NCBI GenBank assembly: GCA_964016885.1
Contig: OZ024741.1
Location: forward strand, 335,296,001-335,360,000
Reading direction: 5' to 3'
DNA: 64,000 nt
Origin: Eledone cirrhosa
Lineage: Eukaryota
Part shown: one piece after another, positions 51,565 to 64,000 of the stretch
Layout of the letters: each line of letters starts with the position of its first letter
How positions within the stretch are numbered: the stretch's first letter is position 1
Program-made: the position numbers and the translations under genes
The notes under the pieces: generated by a model
Told to the model about the DNA's origin: nothing
Databases searched by the model: none
Seen by the model: the letters and a program-made list of their open reading frames with translations, nothing else

Positions 51565-52670
51565 TTGTCAGCCACCACCTGTGACTTGTTCTCTAGCAGA
51601 ACAGATCCACTAAAGGCATATAACCGTGTTCCTTGGGACTCGCTGTGGAAGGTTCTGCAAGAGTATGTGATCGATGGTCAGCTTTTTGCTGTCCTCATGT
51701 TTCTATACGAATGCCCATGTATTTCTGTTCATATAAATGGTGCTAAATTGAAACCATTCAATGTGGGAGTTAGACTCCGTCAAGGGTGTGTACCGTCACC
51801 TTTCCTGTTCATTATTTACATGAACAGGATTGCCATGCTCAGCCGAGTTGGAAGTGATATCATGACTGGTGTGTGTAAAATCAGTCGGCTGGAAATTGAA
51901 GACGACATGGTGTTACTTAACTCAACAGAAGGTGATCTCCAGCTTGCACTCGATAGGTTTGATGCCTAGTGCTGCATGGCTGACTGGAATGAAAATCTGT
52001 GCTGTGAAAACTGAGGAAGGCTGCACACTGCACTCTGCATGTGAATCGATCTCCACTGAAGCATGTAGAGAAGTTCAAGTATCTCAGGGCCATGTTCATG
52101 AGTAATGTAAGACGGGGGCTGAATTAATTGCAGGAATTGCAGGAGCTGGTGCAGTAATGCACCAGTTTCATCATTCAGTAATCAGAAGAAGGGAGGTAGG
52201 CTTAAAAGTCAAACTTGCTATCATCAATTTGGTATTTGTACCAATCCTTAGCTATGGTCATCAACCTTGGATAATGACTGAAAGAATATGATTGCAAATC
52301 CAAGTTGCCGAAATGGGGGTTCCTCCGATGGATCTTTGGAATTACATTAGTCGATAGAGTGCGCAACTTGGTGATCAGAGATTCACTTCAGGTAGAGCTG
52401 CTAATTCTCCAAATTGAGATATCACAGCTCCGATACTATGAGCATGTCATTAAATGTCTCAGGAAAGAATCACTGGACAGAATTTACGGGTAAAACCAAC
52501 TGGCAGGAGACCCAGGGGTAGACCCCAAGCAAGATGGTTGGATAACATCCATGAGCTTGGCTCTTAGGGATCAGCCAAATCAGTTGGAGATTGTTGCTTC
52601 TGACAGGACCCACTGGACGGAGTGTTTGAGGACTCTAACCCCAGGACCTTATCATGAATAAGTGGCCAAA
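51565..52670 (+). mobile_element. Old degraded RTE-like LINE (different family)
   Basis: KAYNRVPWDSLW, RLRQGCVPSPFLFIIYM, EDDMVLL, later SQLRYYEHV and a GRRPRGRP-like tail. Confidence 0.75.
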
Positions 52671-52688
52671 GAAGATATGTATATATGC

Positions 52689-52722
<34 letters not shown>

Positions 52723-52903
52723 TAATAAAAACAATGAATAAAAACAAAGAAACAGTTCCTTATATTAAAAAATTGATCATTTTACGATCGTTTCTAGGAT
52801 ACGTGTGTGTTGGTATATATATCATATAGATCTATGTAAAAATTTTACAAACTATCAGAGGAAATATACATACCTACACATATATATGCTGTCTTCAGAA
52901 ATA

Positions 52904-53009
<106 letters not shown>

Positions 53010-53238
53010 GCCTGTGTTGTTGTTTTTTACTTTCCCATATATATATAATATATACGTATGTATATACATACATAATATACTTTTCTTACTAGTTTCTTTC
53101 TTATTTTTTTCATATCTTTCTGTCCTTCATTCATTTTTTCTCCTTCTTTTTATCACTCTTTCTTTCCTTTTATTCTTTCTATATTCATTTCATTATACTT
53201 TCATTCTTCTCTCTCTCTCCTTCATCTGTACTTTCTTT

Positions 53239-53281
<43 letters not shown>

Positions 53282-53665
53282 ACTGAATGTATTTTCTTTC
53301 TTTATTTCATTCATGTATTTACACTTTCTCACACATTCTTCAATGTTTTAATTCATTCACAAATACTTTCCTTACACTCTCACACTCACTCTTTCTCACA
53401 TGCTCTTTCTCTTTCTCTCTCTCTCACTCTCTCTCTCTCTCTCTCTCTCTCTCATGTTCTCTCACTTTTTCTCTCAATTTCTGTTATATTTTTACAATAT
53501 ATATTGCAGTATTTGACAAGGTGTATGTGTGTATGCATTATTACATATATGTATACACATATGTGTGGATGCATCTGTGTGTGTGAGGTTGTATATATAT
53601 ATATATGTGTGTGTGAGGTTGTATGTATATATATATGTGTGTGTGTGTGTATGTGTGCATGTGTG

Positions 53666-53785
53666 TGTAATTATAAGGAGGCTTCTTTTTTTTAATGATG
53701 AAATACTTTAAAATGAAGTAAAAGATAATCTTTAAAATATAAGAATCATCAGAGAATTCTTATAATTTTTCATATATATATATAT

Positions 53786-53838
<53 letters not shown>

Positions 53839-53954
53839 GTGGTGCTGACACCGAGGAGACCACTAATCATGGAAGTACTCAATGCATGAGGAGATGCAGA
53901 GTAGGCATAGAGATATGTAAAATTTTGATCGTGGCACCACAGTCAGGATTTTAC

Positions 53955-54030
<76 letters not shown>

Positions 54031-54133
54031 AATTATAAGAATTCTCTAATGATTCTTATATTTTAAAGATTATGTTTTACTTCATTTTAAAGGATTTCAT
54101 CATTAAAACAAAAGAATCCTCATTATAATTACA
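53666..54133. repeat. Large inverted repeat including mirrored microsatellites, with a nested tailed hairpin (53835-53962)
   Basis: Arms 53666-53771 / 54027-54133; (TA)n(GA)n left, (TC)n(TA)n right; inner hairpin 53909-53962. Confidence 0.8.
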
Positions 54134-54564
54134 ACAATTATAATTACACACACACACTCACATATATGTATATATATATATATAGATAGATAGATAGATA
54201 GATAGATATATTATATATAAGAATTGAAGGTGCATGGTGTAGGAAATAGGGTGCTGGGTTGACAATTGTATACCACATTGTCATTGAGCATGACACTCTA
54301 TTTCATGGTGTTTCTGTTCTCTCAGCTGGTAAAATTAAGTTGTTCTTTCATATGAAGGAGTCAGCTTTGTAACTCATTGATTGTGCCATGTGGGATCTCC
54401 CTGAGAAGTAAGCAGATGTCCGTGAAATGCACAGCCACATACATATTAATTGGTTAATTTTGCACTCAGGCAGCTTGAATCTGTTGGAGTACTTATAGAA
54501 AATGACAGAGGTCCAACGAGATATATATATAGATAGATAGATAGATATAGATATATATAGATAG

Positions 54565-54596
<32 letters not shown>

Positions 54597-54741
54597 GTCT
54601 ATGTGCATACACACTCACACAAATATATATATATATATTTATATGTGTGTGTATATTTATGTATATGCAAACATAGATATTATGTATATAATATATATAT
54701 ATGTGTTTGTGTGTGTGTCTATATTTATATATATATATATA

Positions 54742-55014
54742 AATGAAGTATTTCCGTCGGAAAGGTACAGGCAAAAAGAGTGCTCTATGTAGGCTACAGA
54801 GCTTATTAGTTATGTAATAAACAACATAAGATAATTATTTCATTTACCAGTGGTTTCTTGAAGGCAGATGTTATATCGGTCTTCATGGTGTTTTAATAAA
54901 AACACCATGTTATTTATTCATTCTCACGACTGAAGACAGATATAACATCTGCCTTCAAGAAACCACTGGTAAATGAAATAATTATCTTATGTTGTTTATT
55001 ACATAAATAAATAA
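54742..55014 (-). mobile_element. Tailed fold-back element in (TA)n
   Basis: Tail 54742-54802; near-perfect ~83-bp arms 54803-54885 / 54931-55014; CTGAAGA...GAAA-ccactgg-TA in the right arm. Confidence 0.75.
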
Positions 55015-55159
55015 AATATATATATATATAATTAAATTTAAAAGATACATAGAGAGAAAGAGCCATATATGTTTAGAAAAGAACCGTATTTTGTACATAT
55101 ACATAAAGCATATATATATATATATATAATTATTTTTTTTTCATTCAAAATGAAATGAA

Positions 55160-55219
<60 letters not shown>

Positions 55220-55450
55220 AAAAAGTACATACTTTAAGATAAAAAAAGTTTCAATTTTCCTTATGGTGACCATTTCATGATTTGTAAAACGAACATCCAC
55301 TGGGCTTTTCTGCTGAGAAACATATATATAATGCATATTATATATGTTATGATTCTTTAAAGGAAGTATATATATACATATATACATATATACATATATA
55401 TGCATCTTATGTGTATATATATATGTAACCATATGTGTATATATGTACCT

Positions 55451-56055
<605 letters not shown>

Positions 56056-56065
56056 TATATATATA

Positions 56066-56225
56066 TATATTATAAAGAGTCAGGGCCTGATGGTTGAGCT
56101 CTTGCCATTTCAACAGTTAGTTCCAGACTCTCTGGAACTAGCTGTTGAAATAGCAAGAGCTCAGCCGTTAGGCCCCAACTCTTTATAATATAGCCATACT
56201 CTACTATCCCAAACTGGTACTATTC
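56066..56225 (+). mobile_element. Tailed hairpin element, family B (relative of family A)
   Basis: Hairpin 56066-56192 (loop ctc) + tail; right arm gaactagctgttgaaatagcaagagctcagccgt aligns with family A gaattagccgtcgaaacggcttgagctcagctgt; shared actctacta in the tail. Confidence 0.75.
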
Positions 56226-56821
56226 ATATATGAATATATAATGCACATGCACATTTATATATACACACACACACACACTTATGTGTGTGTGTATATATAT
56301 GTATATATATGTGTGTGTGTATATACATGTATATATATGTGTGTGTGTATGAATATATGTATGCATATATGTATATGTGTATATGATTGTTTATATTCTG
56401 GAGTTTTGTTAAAATCTTTATACATATTATTCTTGTTCTGATTCTCAGCTTTGGTTTCTCCCCCCCCCCTCTCTCTCTGTCTTTATATATATATATGTGT
56501 GTGTGCGTGTGTGTGTGTGTGTGTAAGTCCCAGGTTCAATCAGGGGTAACCACAGTTGTTAAGGTACTCAATACCCTAGTAGAATTCTTTTGAATGAAAC
56601 AGTCCTCCTGTTATAGAAACTATTTCTATATTGAACTTCTTATATATGTATATAATATATGTATATATACACACACGTATTTACATATACATATATGTAT
56701 ATAAGTAAACACACACACGCACACGCGCACACATACACACACACACACATATATATATACATATACATGCATATGTGTATATAAGTACACACACACACAT
56801 ATGTATATGTATGCATGTATG

Positions 56822-56860
<39 letters not shown>

Positions 56861-58509
56861 TTTTTGTTTCCTCATTTTCTCTATTTTCACTTACCTTGAT
56901 GTATCACCAATACCATAATTTACCTTCTAATGCTGTTCTCTGTTCTAAACAGGTTTTCTCATAGTCATAGCTCAATTTTTCTATTCATATAAATAATCCA
57001 GTGTTGTTGTTCTATTCAACCATCTCCCTTTAATCCCCTTCATCCCTTTTGTTATCAGAATACACATAACAAACTTTGCCAGTGATTGTTCTGTATTAGA
57101 GATTATAAGATACAAGATAACAAAAAAAAAAATAGAGCAATTTTCAATACAGAATTAAGTTATTTTGTCATTGCTGTTCGATATATAATTATATCTATCA
57201 CATTTGAGAAGCCATTGGAATAAAGACTGCACTTTTGCAGTATGCAAAATTAACATGCATTGTTTTTAGGCTTTAGATTTGTCTTTGTTTTTCAGGGGTT
57301 TTTTTCTTACATTTTTGTTTCTTTTCTTTGAAGTATAAGAAACATATATAGTTTGTTCTGTATTTCTCAAGCTGCAAAATGCAGAACTAAGAACTAAATC
57401 ATCTTAATTCATTTGTTAGCTGTATTGAATATTATTATAATTCAATAACCTTTTCTATATAGCAAATATGATCTTATTTTATTATTATTGGAGTCAGTAG
57501 TAAATGTTTGGAAAATATTGCTGCAATGTTCAATTATTTACAATTGAAAATATTTTCTGCTGATAAGACTGCAGATTAAATATTCCTAACTTATTTACTG
57601 AAAGAATTTCTTTTTTTTTTCCGATCGCTTGATAACATTTTTTTTCTATTTTTTTTTAATATATATATTTTTTCCTGCATTTTATTTACATTTTTTTTTC
57701 TCTTTCTTTCTAACAACTTGCCTGCTAGACCTATGTTTGAATCTAATAAAACGATATTATCATAGGAACCTTAAATACTTTTTACTTCAACAATGTCTTA
57801 TCTTTCCTATCTGCAGCAAAACTAATTCAACATATTGCCCATTCCTTCTGTATAAAACTCTTTGCAAGTCTTTTGAATCTCCAATAATCTTCCTATAAAG
57901 TAATTTAACATTCAGTGTTATCCCCCTTTGAACTCTCTAAGCTAATTAGTGTTCTTCAAACTTAAAGAATGTTTATCATTTCAAAAAGTATTGTAGTCTT
58001 ATCTTATCTTCTTTTTGTTTGTCTTTGGGCTTTATTTTGATTTTCATGTTTATATCAAATAATCCTGGCCAGGAAAATGTTCCAACATTGATATTCTAAA
58101 CAACTATTCTTAATTCACTTAGTAGTTTTCTTATTTATTTATTTATTTATCATTTATGTATATTTATTTATTTATCTGTTATTTTTATGTATGTTTTCTT
58201 TTTTCTTTTTTCTTCCTTCATTACAACAAATGTTTTCATGCCATATAGCTTTCTTCCTCTTTGATCCTGGTTTTAGCTAGATCTTAATATTTCTATTTAG
58301 AACCAATAAACACTCAGTTCTTTCGTTCTCTTTCTATGTCTATATATGAGTCAGCGAATTTTAATCAATCGCAACGATATAATTGCTTGATATTTACATT
58401 CTGTTATAAATAACTTCTATTTCTCCTCTTATCTAAATTGGAAAAGTCTTTGTTCCAAATTTATGGCTTATGCTAAAAAAAAAACAATATCTTTGAGATA
58501 TGAGCACTT

Positions 58510-58597
<88 letters not shown>

Positions 58598-59235
58598 GCA
58601 TGTATGTATATATATCATATATTTATTGTGCAGTCTGCAAATTTGGTTAATTGAAATAGCTTGGAATATCTCATGATATTTACTTATACAAAAATGTCTT
58701 TTTATCATTTTATTAAATGGTGATATTTGACCTTATAACTGCTGTAAAGAAAAGTACCATAAAAAGGGTGAGGGTTCCTTTATTGATAATATATAAAAGC
58801 CAATTTAAATTGATATAGCGGATTTTTTTTCCTTTTATTTCTAACTCCAGGAAATAATTTTACAGAATATCATTTCTATTTGTTAATTCAAGAAGTAAAT
58901 AATTAAATATGTTATTTTCCTTCCATAGATCAAAAAGATCATAACTTCTAACCTTAGAGCTAAGAAAATTTAATCAGAGATAGAAAGAGAGAGGAATAAA
59001 AGAATTGGGAAAGAATGAGAGAGTGGCTGATATGGAGATAATGACTGACTGAGACAGAAAGAGAGAAAGATATATATATATAATGAGAGAGATAGAGAGA
59101 AGGAGGAGAGCAAGAGAGGGGATTATATATTTTCATGGTCTAAAGTATTATTTGTTTATTTCAGAATTTGTCGGCAGTTTTCTGAATGTATTTATTAAAA
59201 CGATAAAATATTTATGGCCTAAATCAGAGAGAAAA

Positions 59236-61641
59236 ATGTTGCTGATTGTCATTAAAATCTTGCTTTTTCTGCAAACCTGCTATTGTGTTGACTTTATCTA
59301 TTATGTGAAAGAAGGAATGGGTGCTTCTACTTACCTGGGAGATATCAGTGTTGACACTCACATGATGGACAGCATTCCTGTGGAGGACTATAAGTCAATT
59401 AGCTTCAGTCAATTACAGAAGGAATTGACAGACATTTCACCATTGTTCAATGTTACAAAATCTGGGAAACTTTATACTGCACAGACTCTAGATGCTGAGT
59501 CTCTCTGTAAATATAATACCGAGTGTTTCCGAATGGTTGACATTGCTGTTCGGAGAAGAAAATCTTTTGTGAAAATACTTGAAATAAAAGTAATAATAGA
59601 AGACGTTAATGAACATTCACCAGAGTTTCCTAATAAAACTATTAGAATTCAGTTTTCTGAGAGAGATGGAAGAGGTTCTAGTATATCTTTACCAAATGCT
59701 GTCGATAAAGATGTCAGTGTTTTAAATTCCCAGATTATTTACCATTTGATAAAAAAACAAGAAGAACCCTTCAAACTTGACGTCTCAAAACGAGTGGATG
59801 GTTCTTATTCTCTGAGAATCACTTTGGAAAATAAATTAGATAGAGAAATGCAAGATACATACCATTTGAAAGTGGTTGCGAAAGACGGTGGCACTCCATC
59901 AAAGAAATGTGTCTTGGATGTTGAAATAAGAGTCTCAGATGTCAACGATAGTCCGCCTGTGTTCTCACAAAATGTCTACAATGTTACAGTGAATAAGAGG
60001 CAGAGAAATACACCAATCATTACATTATCTGCAACTGATCTTGATTCTGGTACAAATGGGAATATATCTTACTACTTCAGTTCAAAAACAACTGATATTG
60101 CGAAATCATATTTCAAATTGAATAGTAGAAATGGACAGATCTATCAACATGAAAACTTCAATCCGGAGAAGAAGCAGACATATAAGTTGTTTATTGAGGC
60201 TAAAGATGGAGGAAAACCTCCTCTGAGTTCTATTGCTATGGTGTTAGTAAATGTTATTAACCAACAAAATAACGCTCCGGTTATAGACGTCAATTTTTCA
60301 GAATTAACTGGAAACACAGCAACTATTTCTGAAGCAATGGAAGTTGGCAGCTTCATTGCATATGTGAAAGTTGTTGACAATGATATTGGTTTGAATGGAC
60401 AAGTGACATGTGACCTCCAGCATAATAAGTTCACACTTCAGAGTCTTGGTCAGAAGAGGTACAAAGTATCAGTTAAAAAAGCAGTTGATCGGGAGACTGA
60501 AAGCCAAATTAATTTTACCATTGCATGTAAAGACAAAGGTTTTCCATCTCTAAAAACTGAAAGAAAGTTCTCTATCCAAGTGATGGATATTAATGATGTA
60601 CAGCCACAATTTACAAAAGACGTATATAAGTTTTTGACTTATGAAAATGAGAAACCAAATTTTCCTGTTGGATTCATAAATGCTACTGACCCAGATTTAG
60701 GATCTGGAGGATATTTAACCTTTTCTCTTCTCACTCAAATAAACCAAGATTTACCGTTCAAGATTTCCAACCTTGGTTTTATTACTACAACACGATCTTT
60801 GGACCATGAACAACAAGATGTTTTTAAATTTAGAGTTTTAGTTAAAGATAATGGAACTCCTCCACTCAGTAACACAGCAGATGTTATTATAGAAGTATTA
60901 GACGAAAATGACAATCCACCATATTTTACTTTTCCTAGTGTTAACCCCTTTAGTCTGGATGTCTACTATAACCCACAAAGCAAAAATGACATAACTGTAT
61001 TGAGAGCTTCAGATAGAGATAACCGTCAAAATGCTTTTCTTAAGTATGAAATAGCAGAAGGTAATAGCCGGCAGTTGTTTGCAGTTAACCCTTACACAGG
61101 AGTTTTATCTTTTTCTCGAACAGTTTATCAAAATGATGCTGGCTTATATAATCTGGAGTTCATTGTGAAAGACAGTGGAGCTCCAGTTCTGACTGCAAAA
61201 ACCACATTATCTATGACTTTAACTGTTAGTAACAAAACATCAACCAAGATGACAGCAGTACAATTTCAATCAAATGATAAAATACACATCAATTTATTCA
61301 TCATAATCATTGTGGCAGCTGTGACAGTATCAGTTTTACTGGTTGTTTCCATTACTGTGTGTATTGTGAGGAGAAACAACCAACAGAAAACTCATTATAA
61401 ATGTGGAATAGATCCTTCAAAAAAAATGGGGGACAAAGGAAGCCTTTCGGGGTATTCTTGTGCAAAACAAGTTTCTTCCAAACATGAGAGTCCCGATGTA
61501 TTATTAAGTATAGAAAAAGGTGAAGACCCTCATCTTATATGGCCCAGAGATAATTTATCAACAAGGCATCCTTTATGCTACGATGGCAAAGATACACCAA
61601 TTGAGATACATTGTGACACTCTTTCAAGTGGAATTCATCAG
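59236..61641 (+). CDS. Pcdh: Protocadherin, large first coding exon: signal peptide, 6 cadherin (EC) repeats, TM helix, start of cytoplasmic tail; continues beyond the window
   Basis: MLLIVIKILLFLQTCYC signal peptide; C-X5-C in EC1; DVNEHSPEF, LDRE, AKDGG, DVNDSPPVF, DINDVQPQF, LDHE, DENDNPPYF; TM INLFIIIIVAAVTVSVLLVVSITVCIV; acceptor tttgtttatttcag (59164); donor cag|gtgaga (61642, phase 0). Symbol is family-level only. Confidence 0.93.
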
Positions 61642-62216
61642 GTGAGAAATAATTTTCTTCTGTTTTGAAACTAATAATAATGAAATAATTCTTGTTCTTC
61701 CATCTTTGACATTTTAAACTCTTATTAATATTTTTTTTTTTACTATCATTGTTTTTTTTTTGAAAACTGTGTTATGTATTAATATAATAGATTATATTGA
61801 TTCATTTTATATATTGCACCAACAAGATTACAGTTTCTATCAATCTACATCATTTCAATTTTTAAAAAGCCACTGTTAAAAAGGGAGGGAAGTCATTGCT
61901 TGACAAGATCCAAGACCTAATTCACTTACCGAATGGGCTGGGGCAGAACTCGTCAAATGGGACCTTGTTTCCATTGATCTTTCCATTGCTGATACTACCT
62001 AACAGTTGCAATTCCTGGCAGAAAGAGCAACAGGGAAAATAAAGTATCTTGCTCAAGGATATAACACATTGCCTGATCCAGGAATCAAACTGACAACCTC
62101 ATGATTGAGAATCTAATTCTCTAGCCACATGTATAGTCAATCTAAATATTTAGTGGGGTTTACTCATCTGGTTTTAAACTTTTCAATAGTCGAATTTAGT
62201 AAATTTAGTGTGAAAC

Positions 62217-62480
62217 CACATGGCCCAATGGTTAGGATGCTTGACGTATAATCATGATGTCATTGGTTCAATTCCTGGACAAGGTGCTGTGTTGTGTTCT
62301 TGAGCAAAACACTTTATTTCACATTGCTCCAATACACTTAGCTGAGAGTGAGTACCAACAATAGCTGGGGGGAGTTAATCCTGCAAATGACCAATATCCT
62401 GTCCAAGGAGAGTCTTGTATGCTCAGTCACTTAATGCCAAAGAAACTGGGGATAAGCACTAGCCTGATTAGCCTTCAGCT
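62217..62480 (+). mobile_element. SINE family 2 (an oppositely oriented copy lies at about 62010-62130)
   Basis: tggcccaatggttagg, ggttcaattcctggac, ttgagcaaaacactttatttcacattgctcca. Confidence 0.75.
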
Positions 62481-62614
62481 TTGAACAGTTTTTAACTAAT
62501 AATAGTCAAATGTAGTAAAATGAATAATAAGCCAGGTTTTACCAATTGGCCTCATTCTTTATCAGAAAAATATTATTATTCTCATTAATGACAATATATT
62601 TGGTATAAGAGAAA

Positions 62615-62948
62615 TATGAGGTTCAAATTAAGCCTAAATCACCCATCCTATTTCATACTTACATTTAATACTTAACATTTAATACTTATAATATATATGG
62701 TTTAAGACAACAAGTATGAGGTTCAAATTAAGCCTAAATCTCCCATCCTATTTCATATTTACACTTAATACCTATAATATTTATGGTTTAAGACAAGTAT
62801 GAGGTTCAAATTAAGCTTAAATTTTCCATCCTATTTTACAGTTACATTTAATAGTTATAATATATATGGTTTAAGACAACTAGTATGAGGTTCAAATTAA
62901 GCCTAGATTTCCCATCCTATTTTAGAGTTATGTTTAATACTTATAATA
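62615..62948. repeat. Intronic minisatellite, 4 units of ~83-100 bp
   Basis: tatgaggttcaaattaagc.ta.at..cccatcctattt at 62615, 62715, 62798 and 62884. Confidence 0.9.
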
Positions 62949-63582
62949 GAAATACAAATGATTTGACAGATCTTGAATAACCTATGCAATTATTTGTTTT
63001 ATTAATTCATTATTGCATATTTGTTTACTTTTCGGTAATCTATAAATGTAGCTTTCTTTAACATACTAGAGGCAGTCCCTGCTTTTCTGAAATATTGCAA
63101 CAAAAGTTGACTTTTTTTATTTTTGTAAATTATCAGTCAATCTCAATCTAGCTTTATTTCATATATTACAGTTAATGTAATCCCCTATTTTCTATATATT
63201 GCAGTCAAAGAGGGCCCCCTTATTTCACATATACTGCATATAATGTGGCCCCCTATTTCACATATAATGCAGTTAATCTCTTTTTCCTTTTGACAATTCT
63301 TCAGACTAAACTAAATCACATTAGTATATTGTAAGTAGTATACATCTAATCTCACACACAGCAAACAATTTAACTCTATTGGAATATAATGCTAGCAGTA
63401 TCCCCATCTGGCTTTATCAGGTATACTGCTGAAGCTAGATAAAAACTGTACAGAACCACATTGTATGGTATATGTATATATGTAGAGAGAGAGAGAGAAG
63501 GAACCTGGACAAAGTCTATTGAGCTTTTTTATTAAGAAGCACAAAAATTAAACATATTTAATATGTTTTGATACCTTATATT

Positions 63583-63625
<43 letters not shown>

Positions 63626-63630
<5 letters not shown>

Positions 63631-63799
63631 AACAAGTATGACAGAGCTCAAGCCGTTTCGACGGCTAATTCTGCATCCAGTATTAGCTGTCGAAACGGCT
63701 TGAGCTCTGCCGTCGGGGTCATACTTGTTCCTATTACCCTAAGTATTGATTACTTTGGTGCGTTATGGTCCATCTGGTTCCTTACCACATTTCCTTCAT
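63626..63799 (+). mobile_element. Tailed hairpin element, family A, copy 3
   Basis: Hairpin 63626-63734 (10-bp deletion in the left arm) + tail, within (TA)n. Confidence 0.8.
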
Positions 63800-64000
63800 T
63801 ATATATATATATATATATATTTGTTCCTTGGTGTTAGTTAATCCGTTGTTGGTTTTACCTCAAGAGGTAACTAGCCAAAATTGCCTGAGCTCATGGTCGA
63901 TCCTCTACTTTCACTAATATACCCTCTCTGCATCATACTATGTATTGAGTACTTCTCTGATTTGTGGTTTTCTTGGTCCCTGTACTGCAGATTATTAATA

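Noticed and set aside
59083-59235. 51-aa N-terminal extension of the protocadherin ORF
   Set aside because: Starts in a GA-rich tract, crosses a good splice acceptor at 59164 and precedes a clear signal peptide at 59236

Overview
AT-rich, microsatellite-dense animal genomic DNA, most likely a coleoid cephalopod such as octopus (inferred from the protocadherin type, RTE LINEs with (GAT)n tails and the SINE families). The window appears to lie inside a tandem protocadherin cluster on the + strand. One large exon (59165-61641) encodes signal peptide, 6 cadherin repeats and a TM helix. Two small exons largely missed by the ORF track (16534-16696, 18201-18484) look like the cytoplasmic tail of an upstream paralogue. 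The rest is repeats: a full-length but disrupted Tx1-type L1 element in a (GATA)n tract, several RTE LINEs carrying a PHD finger, two tRNA-derived SINE families (including stacks of serial insertions at one target site), and piggyBac- and Tc1/mariner-type MITEs. The most unusual signal is a recurrent class of short 'tailed fold-back' elements inside (TA)n/(GA)n microsatellites: inverted arm + arm + unpaired tail. Some carry hammerhead-like cores. One family shows perfect arm-to-arm covariation across three copies and flip/flop loop isomers. These are best explained as Penelope-like non-autonomous elements, but their mechanism cannot be established from the sequence alone. All calls are by eye, with no database searches.
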